Below are positions 11,234 to 23,452 of a DNA stretch of 64,000 bases, one piece after another (within the stretch, counting starts at the first letter, position 1; every line of letters starts with the position of its first letter). The notes under the pieces are model-generated. The model ran no database searches, was not told the DNA's origin, and saw only the letters and a list, made by a program, of their open reading frames with translations. The position numbers and the translations under genes are program-made. This stretch comes from Neophaeotheca triangularis (taxonomy: Eukaryota), in assembly GCA_054600435.1 (NCBI GenBank), contig BAAIJX010000031.1, positions 124,001 to 188,000 on the forward strand, given 5' to 3'.

Positions 11234-12189
11234 ATGGCAGCCAACGTCCAGAATACCCCCGGTCGCACCGACTGGGCCGAAGATGAGGAGCCCGATCTCG
11301 CGACCAGCATCCCTCCTCCCCAAGTCACCCGCAACAAAGACGGCACCGAAACAGTGGTAACGGTCCTTTTCAACGAAGAAGGCAAAAAAGTGCGCCGCAC
11401 CCAACGAATCCGCCGCACTGTCGTACAAAAGAAAGAGAACCCCCGCGTGGCCGAGCGTAGGAACTGGCCAAAAATGGGCCCCGAGGCAGGCAAACCCGCT
11501 GGACCGCGCATGGACACTACGACTCTGGGTGAGAACATTGTTTTCCGCCCGCAAGTCGGTTTCAAGTCTGGACAGCAGCAGGAGAAGGCACCGGAAGAGG
11601 ACAAGAAGGCCGAGGCGCTCAAGAAGATGCAGATCAAGTGTCGTATTTGCAGTGGTGACCATTTCACTACAAAGTGTCCTTTCAAGGACACAATGGCACC
11701 CGAGGGAGCGGAACAGACTGGCAACGCGCCTGCGGATATGAGCGAGGTTACTGGAGAGGCACCGGGCCCTGGGGGTCTGGGTGTGGGTGGAAGCTCGTAT
11801 GTGCCGCCGCATTTGCGCAAGGGCGCCGCCGGTGCTACGGGCGGGGAGAGAATGGGGGGCAAATTCGAGAGGGACGATCTGGCTACTCTGCGTGTCACAA
11901 ACGTAAGTTCTGACCATACGAAAGCTGGTGCGAGATGTTTGCTAATACGTTTGGATCAAAGGTCTCAGAATTCGCCGAAGAAGCCGACCTGCGCGACATG
12001 TTCGAGCGCTTCGGCCGCGTCACGCGTGTTTTCCTCGCCAAAGACCGCGACACTGGTATGGCCAAGGGTTTCGCTTTCGTGTCGTATGCCGATCGCGGCG
12101 ATGCTGCGCGCGCTTGCGAGAAGATGGACGGCTACGGTTTCAAGCATTTGATTTTGCGGGTTGAGTTTGCGAAGAAGAGCACCACTTAA
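11234..12189 (+). CDS. TIF35: Translation initiation factor eIF3 subunit G; exons 11234-11902 and 11962-12189
   Basis: DWAEDEE N-terminus, zinc knuckle [23 protein letters not shown], and C-terminal RRM ([24 protein letters not shown]...KGFAFVSY). Intron GTAAGT...GCTAAT...AAAG. Confidence 0.97.
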
Positions 12190-14094
12190 AGAAGCAAATC
12201 AAAGTGAATTTGAGGTTGAGTTCGGAGAGATAAGAGGGACGAGTTCTTGAAGATACGTTGAGTGGAGGTGTTGAGTGCATAGACAAGGAAGGGAGTGTTA
12301 AAAGCCAGCACGACAGCAGCCTTCCTGGGCTTCCTAGCAGCGCGCTTTCGCTGATCTGCAGCGGTGACTATGTGAAAAGACGAGGGATGCAGAGCGGGGT
12401 GTTCGGCGTACTGACATATCGGTACGAACGAGAGAGAAAAAGCCAATTCCAAGTTTACTCTTGACTTCAGTCTCAATGCTCATTACTACTTGCGTTACAG
12501 CGAAATCATTGCCTTGCTAATCTACCAGAACTTCGTTTCTTCGAGGAGAAGTACCAGCCAGCTACAACTAAGTATAACGTGAACCCCTAACTTGGCAGAC
12601 CACGTTCAACGAAGCACGGCACCACCCACCACCTAGTCACGCAACATGCCCAATACTTTGACTATCAAAGCGAACACAACATAACCCTAGACGCATCTGC
12701 ATTAGTCACAGCCACTCAACACCCTCGCTTTCACGATCAAACAAATAGCCCAACACTACCTCCCTTCGAAACCCAAGCTCCCCTCTCGTATGTGGCAAAC
12801 CAAGTCCGTCTAAGAGTCGTGAATATCAAACAACTTTTATCGTCTTCCTTTCTCCCGAGTGTCCTGCGCAGCGGGGATGGAGGGCAAACCCACGAGCGCC
12901 ATTCGAGCTCTACGTTCAGGGGGTGTAGGTAGGTAGGTAGGTACGTCAGTACACAAGTCATGACTCCAAGGGACTAGACGCAGATATTGGAAGCTCGTCA
13001 ACGACACTAGAAGGCAGCGATAGGCTAGCAGTAAATTGGGCTAAAAGTCCAGCCAGCTAGCTAAACATGCAAAACAGTTCACGGCGCCAAAACCAACGAT
13101 ATCGCCACGCAGTCCACAGCTGTAGAACCAAATGAATCCCGCAACTTCAGCCGCATCAAACGCAAGCACTCGCCCAGGAAAAGTGTCGAGAGCGAAAAGC
13201 GCCTCAATAGGCCATAAGACTCACCACGCCGGAATTCAGAAGCAAGGGACGAGCTTCTCCCACGCGTCATCGGCCAGAGAAGCTATCGCGTGTAGACAGC
13301 AGCAATCTGGCAACACACGGGGCGCTCTCAGCCCACGGCCGAAAGGACTTCAGGCTCGCTTTGAAGAAGAGTATAGGGATTCCGAGATCTGTCGTAGACT
13401 AGGACGAAGTTAGAGCATCTCGTCTGATTCCGGAATCGAAAGTCTCCTTCCATCACGCTCTCGCGAGAAAAACAGTGCGGTCACGAGTGAAGAGAACGAG
13501 CAGGGTCCGAACGAGTCCTGCTTGTTGCCTCTCTGCATTCAACAACGAGCTTAGAGGTTGGATTGAAAAGCACACTCTCTTCATGTCTCGAGTCTTCCTC
13601 CCGCTTAGTTTGCCCTTAGACATTATTCTCCCTTTCTCGCTTTCTAGCCTCTATCGTCTCAAGCGACTTTTCCTGCAAGTCTTTCTCTCTCTCTCACTTA
13701 TGTCTATCTCTCTCTTACCATCCTTCCTCATCCCTCAGACAAGACTTCTCCCAGCCGACCCTCCCTCCCATCGGCCTATTGCCCTCTTAAACCACAAAAC
13801 CACCTTACACCACCCGCTCCCCCCTCACTCCAAAGCCAAATCCCCAGCTAGCTCTCCCATCACAACCATAAACCCCCCGCCGCATCCAGGTACCCCGCCA
13901 CTCTCCCTAGCTGCATCCCATCCTCGACCCTCATTCTCCTCTACATCCTCCCCCACCTCCTCTTCGCAGCTAGCTCCTATCCCAAAACCCCCATCCAGGT
14001 TAGTCCTCGCCGTAGCCCGATTTCCCTCTTCCACACCTCCACCTATCTCTTTCTTAAACACTACACACTCACAGGGGTCTCTAGCTCGAACAAA

Positions 14095-14680
14095 GATCCC
14101 AAAGCAAAAGACCCGAAAGAAAAGACCCAAAGGGAAAAAGAAAAGAAAAAGAAAAGAAAAAAAAAATCCAAATCCAAACCGACCGACCTCTTTCCCTTCT
14201 TTACCTTCTCTCCCATCTCAAAATCTTAACTCCATCTAGACCTACTGTACACTCTCCTTCTTGCTATTCCAAATGCCCCAAATCAAAGCGAAAAGTAAAA
14301 AAAAAAAAGAAAAAAGAAAAAGAAAAGGAAAAAAAAATTGAACCCAAAACCAAACCGACCGACCTCTTTCCCTCCCTTCCCTCCCTGCCCTTCCTTCCCT
14401 TCCTTCCCTCCCTTCCCTCCCCTTCCTCCCCTTCCTCCCCTTCCCGACCTCCACTTCCTCCCCTTCCCGACCTCCAAATCAACCTCAAAACCCACCTCAA
14501 AATCCTCCCCTTTCCCACCTCAAATCCACCTCCATATTCACCTCAAAACCCACCTCAAAGTCCACCTCCAAATCCACCTTAAAAATCAACCTCCAAATCA
14601 ACCTCAAAATCAACCTCAAAATCAACCTCAATCCACCTCCATCTAAACCCACACTCCCAGCCCCCCCCCCTTTTTCGCTC
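14095..14680. repeat. Low-complexity tract: A-rich runs, 9-bp CCCTTCCCT-like repeats, 12-bp CAACCTCAAAAT/CCACCTCAAAAT repeats and a local duplication
   Basis: CCAAACCGACCGACCTCTTTCCCT occurs twice (about 14174 and 14350), each after an (AAAAG)n run. The 12-mer array runs from about 14470 to 14645. Confidence 0.85.
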
Positions 14681-15234
14681 TTCCAAAGACCTGAAAGAAA
14701 GAAAGAAAAGGCCCGAAGAGGGAGAAACCCGAGAGGGCGGCGAGTAAGCGGAATGGACTCGGCTCTGACAAATATAGTAGCTCTCAGTAGTTATGATAGA
14801 TAGCGAGGAGAGGGAGGCAGCGAGGATCGATGAGATTGTGAAGAGCCGATGGTCGTTGGGAGGTAGGCAGGTGGAAGTTCGACATGATGCGAAGAAAGTG
14901 GTGGAACGACAATAAAGATCAATTGAGAATGGAAAGGAAGCAAGGTCAAAGGAATGTGTGTGGAATAGAAATAGAGGATGAGAAAAGTGACCTTCATCAA
15001 CATCAATCTATCTGTTGTTGTTTGTGTTGTCGAAACTGTCTAGGCAGGGAACTGATCCAAGCTTTATTTCCTAGCGAATGTCTGTGCTAATCGTCCTCGC
15101 TTCTTCGCTGAACGGTGCAACCATTACACCTCTCATCTCCATCCTCATCCCAAAAAGAGAAAAGGGTAATAAAAATAAATCGCTGAACGCGGCATCAACC
15201 ATCTTCATCTTCACAATCACTTCCACTTCTATGT

Positions 15235-16686
15235 CTACGCAGCACCGGCAGGCGCGGGCGGGTCGTAGACTTTAGTGGGCTGAGCGCCAGCACGGACAAC
15301 TCTCTCGCCGTTGGAGTCCTTGACGACGACAGTGTCCTTGCTCTCCTTTTGAGAACGCTTCCAGATCTCGACCTCCATGCCACCGCGGATGACACCGACA
15401 CGCATGGTGGAAAGAAGGTTGTGGGCAGCATTGGAGTGGTTGTAGACGCCGCCATTGAACATGGCCGTGGCGTCTTTACCCAGGCCGGACTTGATCATGG
15501 CTTTACCGCCCGGGTGGTCGGCGATGAAGTCGGTCACATCGTGGACGACACCGGCGACGGCAATGAGGCCTCGGCCGTTCTTGGCTTGATCAACATAGTC
15601 GTCCCATTCCATGACGGGAAGCTGTTCGAGCGGTACACCCCAGTCGAGCTTGGCGCGCTTCTGGTCAATCTTCTTTTGTTGTTGCTGAATGCGGCCCTTT
15701 TCGATTTCGTTGGAGCGGAATTGCTTCAAGTCGTAGGCGAGGCCCATTTGCTTCCACGCCCAGATGGACCACTTGGTAGGGTCGTATTGGTGCCATTCAA
15801 TAGCGTTGCGGTAGTCCGAGGGGAACTCGTGGTGGAAGTTGTGGTAGCCTTCGCCGAGGGTAACCAGAGCGGTGATGACGTGGTCGCGGGGGCTGTTGCG
15901 GTCGTCGAAAGGCTGGTCACCGAGCCAGTGTGCGAGAGAGTTGACGCAAAAGGTAGCTTGCTGGACGAAGAAGATGCGGAGGATACCGGCGTAGATGAAA
16001 CCACCGACCCAGTCACCCCAGCCGAGACCGGCAACCATCATGGGGAAGATGAGGCCCATGAACAGGACGACCTTGAGGTAGTGCTTGTGCTGCATGACAA
16101 CAACCTTGTCGTCGTTGAGGTCGCTGATGTCGGTACGGCCGATGCGCTTGGGGTTCTGCTTCATCAACATCCAGCCGAAGTGGGAGTAGAGAAGACCCTT
16201 GCGGACGCTGTAGGGGTCCTTGTCGGTGTCGGTGTAGCGGTGGTGAGCGCGATGGTCACGAGCCCACCATCTGACGGAGCCTTCAACGGCGCCGCCACCA
16301 ACGGCAGCGAGGAAGATCTTGAGAGGGACGGTGGCGGAGTAAGAAGTGTGTGCCCATAGTCTGTGGTAACCAGCGGTGATTCCGAGACCCGTGGCGAAGT
16401 AGTAGAGAACACTCCAGACGGCCGTCTGCCAGTAGAGGGGAGTCCACCAGGCAGTGACGCAGCCAATCATGGGAATGCCGACAATCAAAATGACATTGAG
16501 CCAGTTGACGTGCTTGTACCAGTTCCGCCTTGTCAATGGCGTCTCTGTGATGTGTGGCTTCTTGGGGTCATATTTCTTGTTACGAACGGGCTCTTCGGGA
16601 GCGGGTTTGGAGGCGGGCGAAGGTTGACTGGAGAGCTTGTCCGGGTCAATGGCCATCATGCCGGCCGTGGGCTGATGCGAAGGCAT
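15235..16686 (-). CDS. OLE1: Delta-9 fatty-acyl-CoA desaturase with C-terminal cytochrome b5 domain
   Basis: His boxes HRLWAH, HRAHH and [23 protein letters not shown]; b5 motif HPGG. Confidence 0.97.
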   Translation of the reverse strand: MPSHQPTAGMMAIDPDKLSSQPSPASKPAPEEPVRNKKYDPKKPHITETPLTRRNWYKHVNWLNVILIVGIPMIGCVTAWWTPLYWQTAVWSVLYYFATGLGITAGYHRLWAHTSYSATVPLKIFLAAVGGGAVEGSVRWWARDHRAHHRYTDTDKDPYSVRKGLLYSHFGWMLMKQNPKRIGRTDISDLNDDKVVVMQHKHYLKVVLFMGLIFPMMVAGLGWGDWVGGFIYAGILRIFFVQQATFCVNSLAHWLGDQPFDDRNSPRDHVITALVTLGEGYHNFHHEFPSDYRNAIEWHQYDPTKWSIWAWKQMGLAYDLKQFRSNEIEKGRIQQQQKKIDQKRAKLDWGVPLEQLPVMEWDDYVDQAKNGRGLIAVAGVVHDVTDFIADHPGGKAMIKSGLGKDATAMFNGGVYNHSNAAHNLLSTMRVGVIRGGMEVEIWKRSQKESKDTVVVKDSNGERVVRAGAQPTKVYDPPAPAGAA

Positions 16687-19334
16687 CTTGTAGTAGTAAA
16701 GGAACGGTAGCTGTTGGGGTAGTGTTGTTGGAGGTGATGCAACTTCTCAAAGGGTGATGTGAGAAGAAGGCTCGCTGGACTCTCGATGGATAAAAGAGTG
16801 TGTGTTGGTCGGATGGTGAGAGGTAGGTGGATAGGTGGGTGGGTGGGTGTTGTGTAGGTGTAAGTAGGTGCGAGGAGGAGAGATGAAGCAAGAGGGAAAG
16901 CGGAAGTGGACAGGTTTTGATGCGATATTCGCCTCCGGCAGTCAGTCACAGTACCTAGTAGTAGGCTAGGTAGTACTAGTAGCCAGGCGGCAGAAGCAGA
17001 AAGTGTGGGGAAATTGTGGTGAGGTGACAGGCCCAACATTTCGCAAATCTGGCAGCTCGGCCGAAAGACTGAGGCGGCAGAATTCAGCGTGTTACGTGAG
17101 TGGACACGGATCTAGGCCAAGCATCAAAGTCTACTAGAGTCTAGTCTCATCCGAGTCCTCGCTCCCTACCTTATCCAAAGGCGGTGAGGGAAGGAGCGAT
17201 TGCTCCTGCCCTGTATAAGCGAAGGAAGCTGTTCCCTCGTCCTCTGTTTCTGCCAAGCTCAACGCTTCTTGCCATTGAGAAGATGAAGGACGGGAGTGTA
17301 TCTAGGTATCGTGGCGTGGCGTGGCGTGGCGTGCAGGTGGTATGTTGGGGTTTTGATCGTTCCAGGTTTCAAGGTCGTTACACCTCACAATCTCACCCCA
17401 CTAGACACCCCACCACATCACCGGTAGGAGGTAGGTACTACTCGTGCAGGCACAAAAGCAGCCACGATGATAATGTGCCGTATGGCCATCCATCAGTACC
17501 AAATAGGCAAAATGTGAAGAGTCAAGACGTATAATCAAGCAAAGCAGTGGCAGTAGTGGCGAATGGAACACGGATCGGACCACTCCATCATCGAAACAGC
17601 CAGCCCCAACAGCTTCGAAAAGTCCTCGATCCTCACGCCAAACGACTCGACCGTCAAGATCTGGCCGGCTGTTTGAGGTGTGTAGAAAGAAGTGGAAGTC
17701 AAAACCCCCGCCGTTCTCTCGTCGTCACTAAATAAAAAAAGGGTCCAGTCTAATGTGTAACTTACCGTGCCTATACTACCTCACCTATAACTTCACCAGC
17801 CAGCCCTACGGCACAGAAAAACTCTGCCAAGCGAAAACTGCTGAAGCAGCCAGTCACGATAACCCGATACCTTCCAGGTTACTAACCCGAGGTCCCTTCA
17901 AAACCCGAATAAACCAACCTAGCCGCCTTCCAATCGTCACCTCCCCTTCTCTTGGCCGTAAAGTACCTAAAGCACGCCACGCCACAAGGTGCTTGAACTT
18001 GTCATTACTCCGCCATTGCTCATTGCTCATTGCTCAATGGCAAAGGACGATAGGTATTGAGTGTATGCTTTCGAACACCCCTCACACGACGGTACCTGCA
18101 TCCCCAACCGCCCGCCGTGCTGGGAAGCAACAAGCAGAGCAAGCATCAAGGTACCTAATTATCCCAAGCTAAGGTTCTATTCAAATGATGCTGTGAGCAG
18201 GCGGTGGAGGGCAGGCAGCTCAAGCTCCCGACGTCACCGCTCTCGATTACCCGACCTGAGCTTGCCTCACTTGCCTCACCACCTGCATTCAGCAGCTTTC
18301 CCGTCACGACTCTTCAACGACAGCCTAGATTCTTACCCAAGCTCTTTGATAGCATTTGAACCGCTAATGGCGTCTGTAGAAAAGCTAGACAAGCCATAGC
18401 CTATGTTCAGGTTGTTGATGAGAGATAAGAGCACGTCTTCGGAGCTTCACATGCTACTGTTGCTGTTGCTGTTGCTGTTGCCGTTGCCGCCACTGCCGTC
18501 GCTGCTGCTGCCATCTCTCTCTCGATAACCCATTCACGCGGCGCGATAGGTGGAGTGGACGAGAGGTGAGTGACATCGCTTCGCAATGGAAGGACATGGA
18601 CGAGGACGGGAGGGTTGCAGGACATGGATTGGCTCTACGTGTAGTTTCTTCAACGCGTGCGCTTGGAATCCTCGAGTCAAGCGTCGAGTTTGCAGATGTG
18701 ATCGAGTACTCGCGGGGATGAAAGGGTATGTATGTATGTATCTATGTATCTATGTATGTATGACAGGTCTTCTCGAGAGGACTGCGGGAGGAGAAGCTCT
18801 GTCGCTTTCCTACTTCCCGTCTCCCATCTCCCATCTCTCTTTCTCTTCACTTTGCATGACGGTGGGAGTTCGCACGACGGATGGAACCATCCCGGGGCAA
18901 TTGCCATGTCGATACTGAACCTCGTCTACTTATCACCTTGCAGTATGTAGGTAGCGTGGCTTGGAAATCTAGCTTCCTACCTTACCACTTGCACCTTTTA
19001 GCTGCTTGTGACGGAAAACCCGATGAGATAAAACATTCTGGCATTGGCTCCAGAAAAAGCCGGAGACTCCTTGTCTTTTACCGTTTATTGGAATGCCAAC
19101 GCTTTCCTAGAAATCGCCTTCCAGACTCTCCAAATCGCCAGAAGCGGTGCTTGACCATCCATCAGCATCGACCCAATAAGGCACTGCACGTCTCCGGCAG
19201 CGTAGGTACTGCTTCAAGCAGAAATCGCAGAATGGGAAGGGATTTTACCGCCAACAAACCAACACCATGCTTTTTTTTCTTTTCTTTTTCACATATCCAA
19301 ACCTACTTGAACCAATCCCATTCTCCAAACTCCC

Positions 19335-20902
19335 TCACCCATCAACATATCCACTCAACGTTCCCATCCCACCGGCAGCAACACTCTCCCTCTTCCCGGC
19401 AACCGCGGCAACTCCCTCAACACCAGCAACACCTTCCACTCCCCCTTCACCACCAACACCACCCGCTGAATTCAAACTCGGCGTCACAGGCCGACTAACC
19501 TCTCTTCTGAAAAACGCAATATTCTCCCTCAGCGCCACATACTCGCTATCCGCGTACCCAAGCACAGCACCGATTTCCTCGCTCCGCACCCCCTTGATGC
19601 GTTTACACTCGATAGCGCTGTAATTGACCAGACACCTGCCGACTTCCTCGGCGGATTCCAACTTCAGCTCCGCTTCTTCCGCGTTCATGTTCCTGCTGGC
19701 CCGTTTCGAGTGCGGGGATGTGGGTGTGTTGGGGAGCACGCAGATGCGGACGGCTTCTTGTTGCCCGAAGTTGCCGGTTATGGCGAGGATTCCCGCCGGT
19801 AGGAGGTTGGCTTTGTTGGCGAGGGCTAGGTGTGCGCCGCTGTCGATGTAGAGGGTCCCGTGTGGGTGGAGGCCGTGGAGGAGCCAGAAGTAGCGGTCGC
19901 GTATTGGGTGGGGGTCGGGGAGGAAGCGGGTATGGAGGGGGATTGGCGTGGTTGGTGTTAGGGAGGCGTCGAGGGGGGAGGTGGAGGTCGTGAGATGGAG
20001 CGATGAGGTCGATGTTGCGAGGTTATTGCTGTCGAGTTCTTGGCTAGCTTCCATGCTCTTCGCCGCTGCCTTTTGCGCTTCCGCGTGTCGCACTATTTCG
20101 CCAATGTTGCTGGGTTTGCTGCTGTGCGTTATCACCGTCGTCACCCCTGCCGCCGTCGCCAGTCTCGCCGCGACAATCTTCGTACCCATCCCCCCGGTCC
20201 CCAGCGCAGATCCCGCGCTCGATGTATCCGCCACCAATTCCGCGACATCCTCGACGACTTCTATCGGTTTGGCATCCGGATTGCTACGCGGGTTCTTGTC
20301 GTACAAACAATCCACATCCGTCATCAAGAACAAGTAGTCCGCCTGCACCATGCCCGCGGCAATCGCACTCAACGTATCGTTATCGCCAAATTTGATCTCC
20401 TGCACGCTCAGCGTATCGTTCTCGTTCACCACCGGCACAACACCCATTCCCAAAAGCTCGAAAAAGGTATTCTGCGCATTCAAGTACTGGGTACGGTCCG
20501 CAATGTCGTTCCGCGTGAGCAGTATCTGCGCGACGGGTTGCCGTAAGTGCGCGAACAGTTCGTCCCACATTGCCATGAGTTTGCATTGGCCTATGGCTGC
20601 TAGAGCTTGCACTTGAGGGAGGTGTTTGGGCCGTTTGGGCAGGTTCTGGGCGTGCAGGGCCATGCCGATTGCGCCGGAGCTGCAGAGGATGACGCGGTGG
20701 CCGGCTCGTTGGAGCTGGACGGTTGTTTCGACTATGGCGGAGAGGGTGGAGAGGAGCGGGGCATGGGTGGCTTCGTGGACTATGGAGGACGTTCCTGTGG
20801 AGGGAGGATGTCAGTATTGGTTGGGAGGGGTTTGTACGGTTTGGGGGGGAAGGTTACTTGAGGTGTACCTAGCTTGATCACTATTGTGAGGTGTTTCTTC
20901 AT
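19335..20902 (-). CDS. PRO1: Glutamate 5-kinase with PUA domain; exons 20902-20869 and 20794-19335
   Basis: MKKHLTIVIKL|GTSSI, SSGAIG, NENDTLSVQEIKFGDNDTLSA, TDVDCLY, GTGGMGTK, and PUA-like LLPAGI...GRCLVNYS. Intron GTACAC...CTGAC...CAG at 20868-20795. Confidence 0.95.
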
Positions 20903-21345
20903 TTTGGCGGAGGAATGGTCCTGGTGGTTAGCAAGGGCTCATGTGCGGAAGGGGTCGTATGTCTATCTGTATGGCCAGATAAGAGCAGATTTATACATAT
21001 GTAGAGTGAGTGAGTGTAGTAGTTTGCTTGTGGTCAAGTTAAGAGTCAATTCATCCCACATCCCCAGCAATATGAAAGATGCCTGCGATGTCGGCCGCGG
21101 CACATGGCTTGAACTTGGCTTATCTGTCTTATCGTCTGGCCGTCGCCTTAGCAACGCAGCCACGCGAGTCGAATGTTTGCGAAGATCATCAACGGATGAA
21201 AGTCAAGCTGACGTCTCGACCTACATACATTGGATACAGACATACACATTGGGTACTCCCTACTGCCTCTTCACGCCAGTACAGACTTTCACTTGCAGAT
21301 AGGTAATTGCGAAAATCGGCATTCGTTCGAATCAAGTCCTTTACC

Positions 21346-22633
21346 ATGGCCACCGACATCTCGCGGCTCGAGTCGCAACTCGAGAACATCTCAGTGCAGG
21401 ACGACAAACCAAATGTGTCGTCAACACAATACAAGCCAAAGGTATAGTCTTCATCACGCAAAGAGACTGGCATGATATGTGCATACTGACACTCACTCTT
21501 ACAAGGCCTCCACAAACACATCGATTCCCCTCGGCTCACAAGCAGCGCAAAACCGCCTCAAACTGCCCCTTCAGAAAATACCCCAAAACGTCGCCGCGTC
21601 CAAGCAACCCCCAACCCAATCCTCCTCCCTCGCAACCAGCATAACAAAAGTCACCCTCCCCTCCCAAGCCGCTCAACAACAACGACCTAGCGCAGACTCT
21701 CGCCCTTCCGAAACCGAACCCACCGAGAACCCCCCAACGACCCTCCTACCCGCCAAAGCCAAACAATTCCACCTAGGCATGTTCGAAATTGGCAAACCCC
21801 TCGGCAAAGGCAAATTCGGCCGCGTATACCTCGCGCGCGAGCGATCCACAGGCTTCGTCTGCGCCCTCAAAGTCCTCCACAAAACCGAACTCCAACAGGG
21901 CAAAGTGGAAAAGCAAGTCCGACGAGAAATCGAAATCCAATCCAACCTCGCGCACCCCAACATCCTACGCCTGTACGGCCACTTCCACGACTCCAAACGC
22001 ATCTTCCTGATCCTCGAATTCGCCGGTCGGGGAGAACTCTACAAACACCTCCGCAAAGCCCAGCGCTTCCCCGAACCCCAAGCGGCTCAATACATAGCCC
22101 AAATGGCTTCGGCGCTCCGCTACCTCCACTCCAAACACGTCATGCACCGCGACATCAAGCCCGAGAACATTCTCGTGGGCATCCACGGCGAGATCAAGAT
22201 TTCCGATTTCGGCTGGTCCGTCCACGCTCCCAACAACAGGCGCAACACCATGTGCGGCACCCTCGACTACCTGCCGCCGGAGATGATCAAGCCCGGCCGG
22301 GAAGAGAACTGGTACACGGAAAAGGTCGATCTCTGGTCGCTAGGCGTGCTCATGTACGAGTTTTTGGTCGGCGAGGCGCCTTTCGAGGACACGCCGGTTA
22401 TGACGCAGAGACGCATCGCACGCGGCGAGATGACTGTGCCCGCTTGGTTGAGTTCCGAGGCCAGAGATTTGATCAAGAGGCTGTTGGTGCTGGATCCGGA
22501 GAAGAGGATTCCGCTGGATGAGGTCGAGAGGCATCCTTGGATTGTCAGGCATTGTGCTAAAGGGGGGGAGAGGGCTTGGCAGAGGGAGAGGAGCGTGGGC
22601 AGTGGGGGGAAGAAGGAGAAGGAGGGAAAATAG
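21346..22633 (+). CDS. IPL1: Aurora kinase (Ipl1/Ark1); exons 21346-21441 and 21506-22633
   Basis: [64 protein letters not shown]. Confidence 0.96.
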
Positions 22634-23452
22634 AAAGTGGGTGAAAAGGGGAGACAAAGGCATTTTTGGCTGGGCGCAGACGGTGTTCGTGTCGTTGTGA
22701 CGCTGATGACTCGACATGGGGATGATGGCCGATTTTTCGTATCTCTTCGCTTGCTTACCGGTTTCGGGGTTCGGGGTGTGGAGTTTTGGGTCTGGGTCTG
22801 GGTCTGGGAAAGACAAAAACACAGCGGTCCGGCGTTTTCTCTTCTCTGCTTGACCAGCAATGCATGGCTGGATGGCTGGACGGATGGGGTACCTGGGCAT
22901 GGCCGGCATCGCGTTCTTGTTTTTGCAGAAGCAAGGCGGATGCCTTTTCTTTTCTTTCTCATCGAGATTAGCCAATGCTTCGATCCTCACGAAGCCAACA
23001 AACGTTCGCACATCCCACTTGCTTGCTTCCTTTTCGCTTTTTCTCTTTTCTTCTTCGGCTGTGACTGGGAATGCCTGTCTTGAGAATTCAAATCGGCTGC
23101 TCTGGCAGGGGGGTCTTTAGGTTTAGATGAAGCTAGGGGGACTCGAATGGCTAAACCAAAGTCATTCCAGGGATGAAAGCGTTACGGCAGCAATCTGCAC
23201 AAACCCGCGAGTCTAGGTCGTGCGTAAAGGAGTAGGGCAAGTGGCAAATTGTTTCTGTTTGGGATTCGTCTCGTGGAGTGGAATTGAAAGGCACAGCTAC
23301 ATCTTCATCCTCGTCCTGATCCCCATCCTCATGGCTCATCGTTCCTCAACCTCCTTGCCCCTTACCGCGTCGTGAAATAAATTCCACCAATCACATTGAA
23401 ATCTCTCCGCCGATCAATCCCAGAGCAGCACTCACCAAGATTCCTCGCCAAA

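Noticed and set aside
13475..14239. 254-aa Pro/Ser/Lys-rich ORF
   Set aside because: Non-ATG start, low complexity, runs into A-tracts, and has no recognisable domain.
14470..14645. Regular short repeats considered as CRISPR-like or telomeric
   Set aside because: There are no unique spacers, the context is eukaryotic and the unit is not TTAGGG. It is a simple minisatellite.
16690..19330. Many 60-200 aa ORFs upstream of OLE1
   Set aside because: Microsatellite-rich promoter/intergenic DNA without coding signatures.
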